A stretch of 64,000 bases of DNA from Octopus sinensis. Lineage: Eukaryota. The translations under genes were made by a program, and so were the position numbers. Below, piece by piece: positions 40,354 through 54,121 of the stretch (within the stretch, counting starts at the first letter, position 1; the number at the start of each line of letters is the position of its first letter). The DNA lies in contig NC_043010.1 in the NCBI RefSeq assembly GCF_006345805.1, positions 33,976,001 to 34,040,000 of the forward strand. Reading direction: 5' to 3'. Under the pieces are notes generated by a model. That model saw only the letters and a list, made by a program, of their open reading frames with translations, searched no databases and was not told the origin of the DNA.

Positions 40354-41581
40354 CACAGGTTGGACAAAATAATGGAAACACATAGCACCATAATTTTGAA
40401 ATATCTATAAAACCATCAAAACCCCGTTTATTTTTATGTTTTTTGATTTATTATTAGTGTTGCTTAATATGTTTTGTTAAAATTGCTGTTGCGTTTCAAA
40501 TATCATCAGAGAAAGGTAATTAAAATGACAGATCTATTGGACTTTCAAAGAGGTCAAATTGTTGGTGCTCATATGGCAGGCGTTAGCATAGCGAAAACAG
40601 CCAAAATGTTTGGTGTATCAAGAAGTACCGTCTCGAAAGTAATGACAGCCTTTGAGAAAGAGGGAAAAACCTCTGCGTCGAAACAAAACTCTGGAAGAAA
40701 ACCAAAACTTTCAGATAGGGACCATCGGACTCTTATGCAAATTGTTAGAAAGGATCACAAAAGTACAGATCCCAAAATTACTGTAGAGCTTCATGACCAC
40801 CTTGAGAACCTAGTTTCCACAAAAACTGTTGGCTGGGAGCTGCACAAAGCCGAATATCATGGGAGGGCTGCAATCAGAAAACCACTACTTCCAAAAACAA
40901 ACATTGCAAAGCATTTAGAGTGGAGTAAAAACCTACAGAATCGGTCCCTAGAGCAGTGGAAGAATGTTATTTTCTCGGACAAGTCATCCTTTACCTTATT
41001 TCTGACCACCAGCTGAATATAAGTGTGGAGACAGCCAAAAGAAGCATTTGACCTAGACTGCCTTCTTCCACTGTTAAACATGGAGGAGGATCTGTTATGA
41101 TCTGGGCTGGGGGGGGGGGGGGGTTATATCTTGGAAATCTGCCAGCCTAATGGTTTCCCTTCATGGCAGAATTAATAGTCAAGACTAAGTATTTTATCTG
41201 ACCAAATTCATCCTATGGTTGTGGAACAGTTTCTGGAGGGAAACACAATCATTCATGATGATAATGCACCAATTCACACAGCTAAAGTTGTTACTGAATG
41301 GCATGAGGAACATTCTAGTGAAGTCAAATATCTTATCTGGCCACCACAGTCCCCAGATTAAAATATTATTGAACATTTATGGTGCCCACCATCATTATTA
41401 CAAGTACCGGAGACTGTTTTAGCTGAAGAATGGATAAAAATTCCATTGGAAACAATTCTAACTTTGTACGAGTCTACACCTTGTAGGGTTCAAGCTGTAA
41501 TTACTGCCAAAGGCGGTCCCACCCCGTATTAAAATAAATTTGTTTGAAATTTTAAAGTGTTTCCATTATTTTGTCTAATCC

Positions 41582-41584
<3 letters not shown>
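40354..41584 (+). mobile_element. Tc1-family DNA transposon, full length, inactivated
   Basis: ~28-bp TIRs containing GACAAAATAATGGAAACAC, set in TA-rich microsatellite flanks; encloses a transposase pseudogene. Confidence 0.92.
40525..41532 (+). pseudogene. Tc1 transposase pseudogene
   Basis: MTDLLDFQRGQIVG..SGRKPKLS..WKNVIFSDKS, stop at 41014-41016, frameshifts and a poly-G run near 41109, then HDDNAPIH, WPPQSPD*NIIEH and KGGPTPY*. Confidence 0.9.
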
Positions 41585-41622
<38 letters not shown>

Positions 41623-41817
41623 CACACACACTTTTTATCAATACCGAAAAAAGTCTTCACAAACTATTACTCAGAGTTTTATGCATCATTTGTCAAAAAG
41701 TTAGTGAAGATATTTTTTTAGGCTTTAATAAAAAGTGTATTACTCTATCTTTGGTATTTGAGTACTATTTTCTTCCTTCTTGTTTTACCTTTATGTGTTT
41801 ACATGTGTATGTGTGCA

Positions 41818-41861
<44 letters not shown>

Positions 41862-41865
<4 letters not shown>

Positions 41866-42020
41866 GATGGACTTCCAGTTTCTGTTTACCAAATCCACTC
41901 AGAAGGCTTTGGTCTGCCTGGGGCTATAGTAGAAGGCACTTTCCCAAGGTGCAATGCAGTGGAACTGAACCAGGAACCATGTGGCCAGGAAGCAAGCTTC
42001 TTAACACACAGCTATGCCTG
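41862..42020 (-). mobile_element. SINE family A head half followed by (TA)n
   Basis: Colinear with the family A head. Confidence 0.75.
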
Positions 42021-45000
42021 CGTCTTTGTGTATATATGTACCAAAAGATATTAAAAACAGCCAAGAGCCATGATTATTATAAGTATTTTTTTTTGTTGGT
42101 GCTAGTGAGTAACTTAGTTTCAAAATGTTGGATGGTGGAGATGATGTCCCACAGCTGTTAGAATAGTGAAACTACATAGAACACAAAGGCAGTTTGGTTA
42201 TTTCACATCTGAAAATAAGGTGGAATTAATCAAAACAATTCCAAGAATGTTCAACCACAATCTTTATTGATGAGAGGAGGATAGAAAGAGAGAGAGAGAA
42301 AAATGATTATAGACATGAGATGTTTGACAATAAACAAATGTGGACTACTTTAAAGACTGGTTGGTTGTGACAAAAAGTCACCAAGAATGAAGGATGTAAT
42401 GGGGAGGAGGTGGAGTGGGAGTGATCGGCTTTGTATCACATGACTAACTTCAGCGTTAGTCACAGCAAGGAGGTTATTTGTTTATCCCTCTCAGAACTGA
42501 CTTGGATGAAGGAGATGGAACCATTGTCAGGAATTTCAATAGAATGGATTTGTTCCCAAGTAATATGTATATATATATGTTTAACAAAAAAAAAAAAAAA
42601 AAAATTCTTGTGTTGATTTTAAAGTGTTGGCAAGAACTTGTGAACTCCATGATAGTTCTTTTTTATCTTCTTTTTTTCATTTAATTGTTCCCCACCCAGT
42701 TCTTTAAATAAAGACCTCCTCCTCCCCAATGTTGCTTCTGCTTCATGGAAGTAGAAGACTTGAAACAACTGAGCAAATCTTCAGGACACATTTATCTGGC
42801 TGTTCCGTCAGTGACTCAAAATGGGAAGAGAAAGAAAGATAGAGATAGACAGAGAGATAGGATTCGATGAAAGATAATAATAATAATGATAATATATATT
42901 TATTTATATATACATATTTATTTATTATATGAATTAGGCAACATCATTCCTGGCATTGAACAAAGAGTTTGGTCATGTTTATACCAAGCAGAAGGCTAAG
43001 CTTCGTTTATGATACATAATGAATGGGGGGAGGGGGCCATCCACGCACAAAGTGAACTTAATTCTCAGAGTAAAACATCTAAAAACCTGTAATGTTACAG
43101 TAATAAATAAGGTAATAATTGTTGTTCACTAGAAATTAAAGTAAATTAATTGTAAAGTTTCATGAATCTTCTATGAGGATAGAAAAGGTAAAAATATTCA
43201 ACTTAAACTATGAATAAAATATATGAATTTATTTACAGCACTGATGAGATGAATATTTTTCTTAAAGAAAACCAAACTGGCTTAAACCAGAAAGATTCGG
43301 AGAGTAATTTACATATATATATATCCAACTCCAGAGTTGATGTAAAATAATTTTGAGTTTAAATCTCTTAAGTGACCATCTATAGATAAGACAATCCATA
43401 AAATATGATTTGGAACTTGTGTCATACTGTCTATGTGTTCTCTGGTTAAGACTGTATATTATCCATTATATTGATAACCATCTAATTATATAGACAGATG
43501 AAATAAAAAAAAAATCCTTTTAATGGCTATATATAGCATAATCTGAATATACATGCAGTTCTTAGTTGGGCTCGGCTAACCAACTGATGCTGGATTAAAT
43601 TACGCTTCCTTTCTGATGATCTGGTGTTATAACGTATTTATGCAATTGTCTTTGTAATAATTACCACATGGTATACTAGCACATGCTAGTGAAACACATG
43701 TAAACATTATGTAATTTATGATGTTTATAACATTAAAAAAAAATATTAAACCAAATCTCCACTTTTATTCTGCTCGTGTATGTATTATTTAGAACCGGTA
43801 TTTATATGGTCACGAAGAATTGACCAATACACACTATGTGAATGATGAATAATTATGTAAATTATGGGCTGGACTGCAGAATTGATAGAACAGATATAGG
43901 TATTACATTATATTTGGAGATTAAATCCTGCTCATGTTTATTTTGTTTATCAACCTTCTGTGGTCACTAAAAAAATTAGCACTAAGAAGATGTTGATGTA
44001 ATCAACTACATCTCAGAAGATAGTGCCTCAGGATGGTTATAGTCGAATGACAGAAGCCAGTGGAAAGGGAGAAAGCGTTAATTTTGTTATTGTTCTAAAA
44101 AGGCATGCTATAATTAATACCTCTGATTCACATACAAGCTTCCCTATACAACTTGTGAAATTTATTGACAATTAAATCTATGAAAACTTTTGAAAGAGCA
44201 GGCTTCAATAGTTCAAGTGTAAAAGCAAATACTTGATAGCTTTTAAAATTTTTTTCTTTGAAGTGAGTCAAGCTATATTCGACGGATCTTTTTTTTTTTT
44301 TTTTATAGATTTCTAAAGGAAGAGGAAAGAGGTGAGGATTAATTGTTGCCATGGTGGTGATATTTGAACATGTGATGGGACTAGGAAGTAGGAATAGACA
44401 GCACCGCCAAAATCTTTTTTTACAGAATTTCTCAATCAGTCGAACAACAAAATGAAGATAAGTCAAAATAAAATAAAATAAAATAAATAAGAGAAATGAA
44501 CACAAAATATCATTAATTCCCAGGTTTTTTTCCATTTTCTTTTTTTTGTTTTTTTATATATAGACATTTATATAATTTCAAATTTTTCTTCTTCCTTTCA
44601 ACATTATTTGCAAGAGATCACTCTCTCTTTTTCAATTTTCGTTTTCTCTTAATATTACAAAATACAAATAAATAATATTTTTGTTGTTTGTTTGTTGTGT
44701 TTTCTTTTTTTGAAATAAATGTAGTTGTTGAATGGCTGAAGAGAACAGATAGATGCTTCACAGAGAAGGAGGAGTAAGGGAGAAGAGAAGTGTGGGACAC
44801 CTCGACAATAGAAACCAGCAATACAGACAAAATAGTGTACAAGAAATGGTCAGAGTAGATGGGGACGGGTGGGTAGGGGGAATGAAGAGAGTAACATACA
44901 ACTTGGGAGGTCAATGTCTATGGAGAGAAAGAATAGCAAATGAGAACCCTTCTGTTTTGAGTTAGATTTATAAGAGAGGTAGGTAGGTGGTGAGAAGAAT

Positions 45001-46774
45001 ATATAAGAGAGAGCAAAAGGTGGGAAGGAAATGAAGCTAACAAGAACATTTCATTTGAGTGGGTAGATAGAAACACATGCATACACACACACACATATAT
45101 TTTTATATGTATACACATATCTATGTGATATTTTTATATGCACATATTCACACTTTTCACTTTTATCAGTCATTGAAAAAAAAACTTTGATATATAAATG
45201 CACACATACGCACATTCCTTTTATTCATATTAATCATTTGACTATAGCCATGCTGGGGCACAAATACATACATGTGTGTGTGTGTGAGTGTGTACCTGTG
45301 TGTGTGTGTGTGTGTGTGTGTGCGTGCGCGCGCGTTTGACAAACACACAAATGGCCTGATCCAAGTTGTTACACACTAATGTCGTGATACTGACTATGGA
45401 GTGTAATTGCTATTGCTAATGAAGTTTTCATTGGTTGAATAATACTATATAAAATTATATGCACATAATCTTCATTTCAGAAATATGAGTCAATTACATT
45501 GCAGCACTGAATTTTCGTCATCAAGGTCAAATCTGCAAGGAGATACTGGTGCCTACTTGGTTGCACAATATTGGTCAGACGAAGCAACATTTCTTTTGGA
45601 TGGAGTTATCAATCAGTTTATGTTGCAGATAATAATTGCCATCAAACTTCAATGAAAAGTGTGGCAAATCCTGGACTGAGTATTTTCTTGGGGCTGTAAT
45701 AAACCAATCATTATATCCAGATTTCAAGAGCTAACCTCTGGTCTGTTCTTATTTCATTGCTCTGTTATGACTTAATATATTTATTGCGTAACAACTATGA
45801 CAGACCATAAGTATATAAATACACACACACACGTGTGTGCATGTGTTTATATATATATATGTATGTAATATATAACATATATACACAACATATGTATATA
45901 CACACACAAACACACACATTATACATATGGAGAAAGAGAGAGAGAGAAAACAGAGAAGGTACTAAGTACAAAACTTACATGATCTGTGGAGCTGAAGAGA
46001 ACGACAAATTTTTTTTTCTTCAGGTTTGTGAACAACAATGACAGCAAACCACACACAGCTTATAAATAACAGCAACTAACATAAACTATTGCCTTTCTTT
46101 CTTTTTTTTTTAAAATCAAATTCATTAATTAATGAAGAGAAATAATGTATATATATATATATATATATATGATTTAAAATTAAACCAAACTAATCTTATA
46201 TACAGAAGAAAAAGAAAAGTTCTGTAAGGATTCTACACTTAAGAAGGGAGGAGAGAGAAAGAGTGAGAGAAAGAAAAAGACTTTGATCTCCAAGAACTTA
46301 TTTTATCTTCCATCTGAGGTCAATAAAATAAGTAATAGTTTTTCTTTTTTCCTAGCTTCAAGATGGTTGTATGAGCAGAAGCATTCCAGCCTTGACTATC
46401 CCATCTTTTCTTTTTAGGCATAGTGTATCCCAGACTAAAGGGTGTGATTAGAGGGAGGTCTAGCTACTATGTCTAGCAAGCAGAGCAACCTTGTGTAGGC
46501 TCCAGCATTGGCTCATTATAAAGTACAAGATGGTAAAACTTGTGCCAGGAATTTATATAAATTAAATTGACTGACTAGAATCTTTCTAGAAGGTGGTGCC
46601 CCAGCATGGCCACAGTTGAATGACTGATACCTCAGTGAAAAGAAGAAGAGAAGAATGGGAGTGCTTTGTTGACTACATGCAAGAATATTAGTGGAGAATG
46701 AATCGATCAAGTTTATAACAGAACAACAGAAGGACCGACCATCCCCTCCAAGACAGACAGGGATGAAGAGACAT

Positions 46775-46827
<53 letters not shown>

Positions 46828-48145
46828 AGACATGGTTGAGGAGAGAGAAACTGTGTGAGAAAAAGAGAGAGAGAGTAGATGACAACAAAATTGGAATATA
46901 AGTTTTAAAAAACAAACAAATAAAAATAAAAAAAACAAAAACAAAAAAAAACTAAGGCAGGGGAGATTGTGGTGGTAGGGATTACTTTAAGGATAGAGTG
47001 AGCCATACATGCACCCACTAGGGTGTGAGGGGGGGATGAAGATGAATGAAGTAAAAATTGATAAACTTTATATAATAAATAGACGCTATATTATATATTT
47101 GTGCATGTGTGAATTTACATATATAGATATGTATATAGATATATACATTATGTAAGATATATGCAGACGTACACACACATATATATAAAAGCGGCTATAA
47201 TTACTATTATAATTTATAAGAGCCGAACTATCAAACGGGCTTTTGTTTAAAAATCTTTCTCTCTCCATCACCCGTCCCTTCTCTTCTCCCTCTTTCTCTT
47301 TTCCATCTCATTCTGTCATTGTTGTTGTTGATGTTATTATTATTGTTGTTTGCTGTTGTCATTATTATTGCAGTTGTTTTTCTTTTTGTATTTATGTTTC
47401 TAATTTTTTTTTTTTAAATACTTATTTTTCTCTTTGGAAATTATTACTGCAAGAATTATCTTTATATCGAATTTCATTTTTTTTTTTCCTTTTCTTTTTC
47501 TTTCTCTTCAAATCAACAGAAAAAGAGAGAGAGACTGTAGTGGCAGCTTTTATACAAAGTGACCAATAGGAAAAATAGTAATAATAATAGTAGTAGTAGT
47601 AGTAGTAGCAGTGATGGTCGTGTTGGTGATGATAAAATAGTGGTGGTAGTAGTAGTTAATAGTAATATAGTAGTAGTAGTGGTAGTAAACATATTTGCCG
47701 ACACTGAGGCACCAACACTCACATTTGTCCAGGAAAATATAATGTTGCCAATGACAATATGGAATTGTGTGTGTGTGTGTGTGGGCGTGTTTATGTATTT
47801 TTGTGTACATGTATGTGTGTATGTATGTATATACATATATATATATATTATATATATATGTACGTTTGTGTGTGTGTGAATGACGACGACGATGATGATG
47901 ATGTCGGAGGAGGAGGAGGAGGATGAGAAGTAGGAAGAGGAGGAGGAGCAAGCAGCCAAACCATCTGACACTCATTGTCACATACGCTGCACATCAGTTT
48001 TTGTATTGTATTATGTATATATATATTATATATATATATATATTATAATGTTCATGTCTCTGTGTGTGTATGTATACGTCCAAGTGTATGTGTATGTCTA
48101 TTATCTCGTTTGTCTGTATGTGTGTGTGTGTCTGTCTGTCTGATG

Positions 48146-48373
48146 TTAGTCAGTCTTCTCCTCTGTTTGATTGGCAGGGTTTGGAGGAGGCTTTTTATCC
48201 TGAGCCCATGGGCTCTGCTGCAATGGCGCTGGAGAAGTCTGAAATTTGGACTCTTGCTCTTCCTCTGTACCATTTGGTTCATATTGAGTGTTCTCTAAAC
48301 GAGTGATGAGACGTTCATCTTCATCCCCAAACTCCCCACCCATCAGGGTTGGTTCACCGACAACCATAACATC
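48146..48373 (-). CDS. LDB: LIM domain-binding protein (LDB1/LDB2/Chip), terminal exon encoding the LID
   Basis: DVMVVGEPTLMGGEFGDEDERLITRLENTQY is the conserved LIM-interaction domain; TTTTCAG acceptor; TAA stop. Confidence 0.97.
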   Translation of the reverse strand, partial: DVMVVGEPTLMGGEFGDEDERLITRLENTQYEPNGTEEEQESKFQTSPAPLQQSPWAQDKKPPPNPANQTEEKTD

Positions 48374-49812
48374 CTGAAAAGAGAACAAGACAGAGCATTA
48401 GACAAACGGAAATGGTGTAGCTGGGGGAAAGGTAGAGTGGGTGACCACAGCTCTGTCTGAGCATTGCTGCCTTCGGCTAGCAAGTGTCGGCAACTTGCAA
48501 CAGCGACACCTAGCAACAGCTTTTGAATGCGTATATATGAATGTGTGTGTGTGCGTGTGTGTATATATATAGATATATTTATGTATACATACACACACAT
48601 ATGTTGAGAGAGAGGGAGGGAGAGTTGGGGGTGAGGAAGAGACATTCATACATGGTGCGCATATATAAACATAGAGGCGCGCACACACACACACAAGGGG
48701 GTTCGTTGAATTGAAAGGGGGTGATTTGATTTTAACTATAAGCTTGCTTAAACAATCCCCTCTAATGCTCTCTCCAAAGAAAAAGAAAATAAAAAATAAT
48801 AATAATAATAATAAAAATAAAAAAAGGACAGATAGATGGATGGAGTGATAGCGAGACAGATAGATAGACACAAGAGCCAATGTAAATAGCTCAAGCCAGG
48901 AATCAGTTTGAAAGTTGAAAAATATTCAACCCATTGAGAAGAATTGGAAGTTGGGTGGGGGTTTGCGAAGGTTGCGTGAGTAGGGAAAAAAAAAAAGAAA
49001 AAAAAAAAAGATTTTAGACATGAGGGATGTCTTTGATATATCTTTTGTACAGCAGAAATCTTTTCTATTTAGTATTTTTAAACGAAACTTTCGATAAGGA
49101 AAGAGAATTTTCCCCTACTTTTCTGTGTCGAAGAATATGAATTTAGGCAAAAAAAAAAAAAAAAAAAAAAAGTCAGCAGAAATTAGTCTAGATGAACCAT
49201 TTATAAAAGTCTCCTTTCTGCCAAATAAAAATACGTTGTTTCTGCAACAGGATTTATAAAAATAATGGTAAAGTGAAAAATAAAAGACAATATTAATCGA
49301 GGTTTGTTTTCCAATTTTTTTTTTTTTGCTCTATGAAATACTAAAATGAAAATAAAAAAGAGACAAAAATTAAATAAAACTATACATAAAATTTCATGAT
49401 GATGATGATGATAATGATGATGATGATGATAATGAGAATGATGATATAGCAGCAGTTGAATGAAAAATATTGGTGTTTTCTTTTCTTGTTTTTCTTTGTT
49501 TTCTTTTAAGAATCTATATTTAAATTCTTCCTTATACTATAAACAGAATAGTTTGCATCAGGTAGTAGTAATATTAACCATTATTATAATATATTTTTTT
49601 TTTTTTTTACAAGCAATGGACAGATGATGTGTAGAAGAAGCTTTCTTAACTTTAGTGAATGGTTGTTTTTTTCTTTCTTTAAATTTAGCTTTTTTTTGTC
49701 ATATATAGTCAGTAAATGTTTTTGGTGTTGTAGTTGAAGCCAAGCAACTGAGAGCTGGGCATGTTTTTTTCTTAATGGTGTGAGTGTTTCAACCGAATTT
49801 CTGAGTACCTAC

Positions 49813-49973
49813 CCCCGGTGCTGTTGATGCAATGTTAAATCCTTGCGGACCCGGTGATCTCTTCTGTTTTCCTGATGGTGGCACTGCATCCCGGGAGTTT
49901 ACGTTTCCCGACGTCGAATTATTTCCAGCCGAGGACTTCCGTTTTCGTCTTTTACTCGGAGGTCTTGCCGTAT
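49813..49973 (-). CDS. LDB: LDB penultimate coding exon (NLS-containing)
   Basis: DTARPPSKRRKRKSSAGNNSTSGNVNSRDAVPPSGKQKRSPGPQGFNIASTAPG; KRRKRK NLS as in LDB1; phases 1 and 0 fit both neighbours; GGG|GTAGGT donor. Confidence 0.93.
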
Positions 49974-50284
49974 CTGTAACTGAAGAAATTGAAACAACAA
50001 AATCTTCTCACGATTTCAGGGGGAGGGGGCATTAACACGGGGATGAAGGTGGTGCTATGAGAATCAATATATTTTAGTTTAAGCCAACAAGCAACCCTCT
50101 ATGCAGTTGTTTAACCAACTAGAAATAGCAGCTAAAACCCTTCCCAAAACCATACCCCACAGTGTTAAAGATGAGCACTTAGATAATTTAATCTGAGATA
50201 CCCCTGATATACCTCTGTTTCCAAGTTTTAATTAAGTAGGGTTGATCTGGGACTTAAAAACAATGTGTCCTAGATATATAAAGA

Positions 50285-50330
50285 ACTACATCTTAAACTC
50301 TACAACATACTACATCTTAAACTCTACAAC
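50285..50330. repeat. 24-bp-period tandem duplication
   Basis: ACTACATCTTAAACTCTACAAC twice, separated by AT. Confidence 0.9.
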
Positions 50331-52847
50331 AGCTAATGTTGGCAGCTATAGGGGATGAGATGCCCACCAAGGACACAAAACAGAGGCTATCGAGAATATA
50401 ATTAATTCCATTTAACTCATACAATATATGGGTAGTGGTAATACAGTTAACACAAGCAAATGCAAGGAAGGAGGGAAGGGGGGACTGTCCTATACTCTAA
50501 CTAAATGAATAAAGAACAATTACACAGAATAGCAACACACTGCATGTGGGTGTGTGAAAATATGCTACTTATTTAAAAATGCATATGACTATCAGAAAAA
50601 TGATTTTTTTTTGATAGAGGGGAGGAGGAGGGAATGGGCTTTGTGAAAAGTTCACTGATACGAGGGTATATTTAAATATTCTCATTTTAAAGAAAGTTAA
50701 CAAATCTAGAATGCATGTGATTTCAATGATGAACCTTAAAGAGCAGTAGCAAAACTATAATGGAATTTATAATTATCAAAGAGAGGAGAAGAAAAAAATT
50801 TTCAAAACAAGAAAAATTCTAGCCATATTCTTTTATGAAGAAAGCAATGAAGACAGTAATAGCAGTCAATTACATTAATGTGGTAGGTTACTAGATAAAG
50901 TCTGCACAGTTGTCTGTGTGTGTATGTGTGTGTGAGAAAGACAGTCAACCGGATAATTTTATAAAGAAATAACTTAAAATAAGAAGGAAGGGAAATAATT
51001 TAGAAAACCTTGTTTAAAAAAGCAGCGAAAAAAGAACAAACAAAAACCAATGAAAAAAGTTCAGTTAAGAATGACACCAGACCATGAGATATCATGTAAA
51101 ATGTCTTTATAAACAAGGATCAAACTAGGATAGAGAAATAAGTTAGCTTGAAGTGTTTTGTGACCATATTTGTATTGAAATAAACTGTCTGTGTGTTTCA
51201 GATTCCTTAAATATAACAAAAAATTTGGACATATTTAATAAAATGAAAGAGTGTTGTCCAAATATGGGAAAAACATCAAAGCAGAAGAGTCAATGTGGAT
51301 CAGAAGAACTTGAAATGACTTTCTTGATAAACATTGATGATTTTAATTCAACTGAGACTATTCCCAAAATTGAGAAGCGTATGAACATAGCTAATTCTAA
51401 GAAAGAAAAGGAAAACAAACATTATAGATGCCAGCAGCTGATGAAGGACAATGCATATTCAACTCCAGTTGAATATTGGTTATCTCAAGATTTTACACAA
51501 ATTGTGTGTGTGTGTGTGTGTGTAGCATGTAAATCAAAGGGACTGTTCATATGATGGTTTGACTAGGTAAAAACAGAAACTAGTTTTCTGTCTATATTGT
51601 GTCACCTACTATATTCTCTCAAAAACAAAGGTAAGCTTCATTGGACAACGTATAACCCTAGATGCATTATGGCCTGGAAAAAAAAAAAGACAATGGTTAT
51701 AGCTGGAATGCCTTTGATCATAAGCCTGGATCAGGAGTGACCTGGGGCTAAACTACAACTTAAAGAGAAAGTGACACAGGTTATTAAATATATGAACGGC
51801 AGAGGACAGCAAATAATTACATACACACATTTTATCCATAAAATTTGTTTTAAAACCAAATGTTAATGTTTGATTTTTTTCTGTACTTTGCAGAAGTCCT
51901 TTTACAGAGGGAACATTAAAAGGGACATTTTATGAATGACATTGTGGCTATGAAAGACAGCATCCTCAAATAATAATTATACCAGTCCAAGAAGAAGCAA
52001 ATTAAAGAGAATGAAACAAACAAACAAACCAATCCATAATCTGAGTCTGTTGATTCAGTGTTTTAAGTTATTGGTGAAAAGTGAAGAACAAAAGAAACAA
52101 AAGCAGAAATAATTGAGCAATCAACCAAAAAACTCAAGGGAGAAATCAGAACACACACACACAGACACTCACAAATTCCCCAAAACTAATAAGAATTCAT
52201 TATCCAGTACATGTTCTACATTAACGGTTTTCCTTTTTTTTCTTTTGTTCTAAAGTTTTATTTTCGTCTTTACAAAGATAAAGGTATGATTTTAGAGGTA
52301 TATCCTGTAGTTAAATCTAAACTATGTGAAATTAACATATTTTTTTTGTTTATACAATTGGCCCATAAATCAAAACAGTAGCTGCTTTAACAATTACGGA
52401 ACTTACAGAATCACAACCAGTAAACTTCAACTGATAATGAAAGGTAGGTGAGTAGATGGTACACAAATAATAATAAAAAAATTTCTTTTAAAAATCATTT
52501 CCAGACATTTCAGATTTTTTTAATGCCTCATCTTGTCTTAATAAACAGAATGAAAACTGTAGGAAAAGTAGGAGCAGCAGCAGCAGCAGAAGTTATAATA
52601 ATAATATTAATAATAATCATAATAATAATAGTAATAACAACAATAATAGCAAACATGCAGCAACAACCTCAATCAATGGATAAATGAGCTCATTCACAAC
52701 GAAACCACTCAAGTGGAACACCAAAACTTCTCGCAAAACTAACTAGAATTTTTCTGCATATTGGACTAAAAAAAAAAAAACAAAACCTTAGCAGACTGAG
52801 GAGAAAAAAAACAAAAAATAAACAAACACAAGTCTTTCACTAAGATA

Positions 52848-52879
<32 letters not shown>

Positions 52880-52922
52880 TAGATAGATATGAAAAAGTTG
52901 AAAAATAAAAAAATCAATTAAC

Positions 52923-52994
52923 CTTTTCTTTTCGAAGGTGAGGTATCAAGTCTTGGTGAATTTCCAAAGGGTGAAATACGTTCCAGTAAATTAT
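52923..52994 (-). CDS. Candidate 72-nt cassette exon of LDB
   Basis: TTCTTTACATCTTTAG acceptor, AAG|GTTAAT donor, phase 1-1, open frame DNLLERISPFGNSPRLDTSPSKRK. Confidence 0.55.
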
Positions 52995-54121
52995 CTAAAG
53001 ATGTAAAGAAATAAAGCAGCAGTTCTTAAAGTGTATATGTGGAGTAAAGAGCAAGTTTATTTCCAATTAACAGAGACTATAGAGATAGAAGCACGAGGTC
53101 AAAGGTCAAACACTGACTTACTTACAAAAAGGAAAAAAGATCGAATACCAAGTTCTCTTACAGAACAATATTAGTAATAATAATAATAATGAAATTAAAT
53201 AGATTTACAAAAAGCATGCTGTCTGTGTTTGTAGTCTGTGGCTTTATTTACTAGTGTGTTTATATGTATGTGTGCATATGTGTATGTATATTATATATGC
53301 ATAGATATATAATACATATACATCATATATATATATAAATATATATACATATAACTAAGCATATATATAAATATATATATATGTAACAGACACATAAAAG
53401 GTAAACAATAAAATACTGAGGAAATCATTTAGTTGAAATCTAATCACAAATAATGTCGATGTTCAATGAAGTGGTGGTAGAGGGGAAAGAGCAGGGATTT
53501 GTGGTGATCAGGATTATCCATGGAGGCAGCAGAAAAGTAAGTTAATCTGTTGTCAACATGTTTCACAAAGGTTTCAATGGAGTGTGGAGTTAGTGATGGT
53601 AGCAGCAGTGACAATAGCAGCAATATGTTAAATGGTCCAATGTTAAGGATATGACAATGTTAGGACATGTGGAAACACTGTAATAAGGTGGAAGTTTTGG
53701 TTGATTAAAAGAAATACAGTCTGTAAGAAACTTGGTTACTGCATCAAGTTCAATAGTTGACCAGCATGGTGTTGTGCCTAGTTTCCTGGCTAACCAATAA
53801 TTTAACCAGCTACTTAACTGACCAACAAGTTGTATAGTAATCTAGTATTGATTTAAAAAAAAATATTTATGCAGATAGCATCTCTGAGTAATTAATTCAA
53901 TGACGTTCTTTACAAGTTTTGTAAAAACACTAGTTGTTCATGATGTATCATTCAGGAGCTGATGAGAAATTCAGAAACCACCAAACCACAATAGTAATCC
54001 TAATGTAATTGTCTCCCTTGGACAATATGGCCCATTTTGAAAACTACCTTTGAACCTTGACCATTGCTGTTTGTAGATCTTAATGACTAACATCTTAGAA
54101 ACTTGAGCACGTACCAAACTG

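Noticed and set aside
51153-51554. 133-aa plus-strand ORF antisense within an LDB intron
   Set aside because: Non-ATG start, runs into a (TG)n tract, no recognisable domain or splice context.
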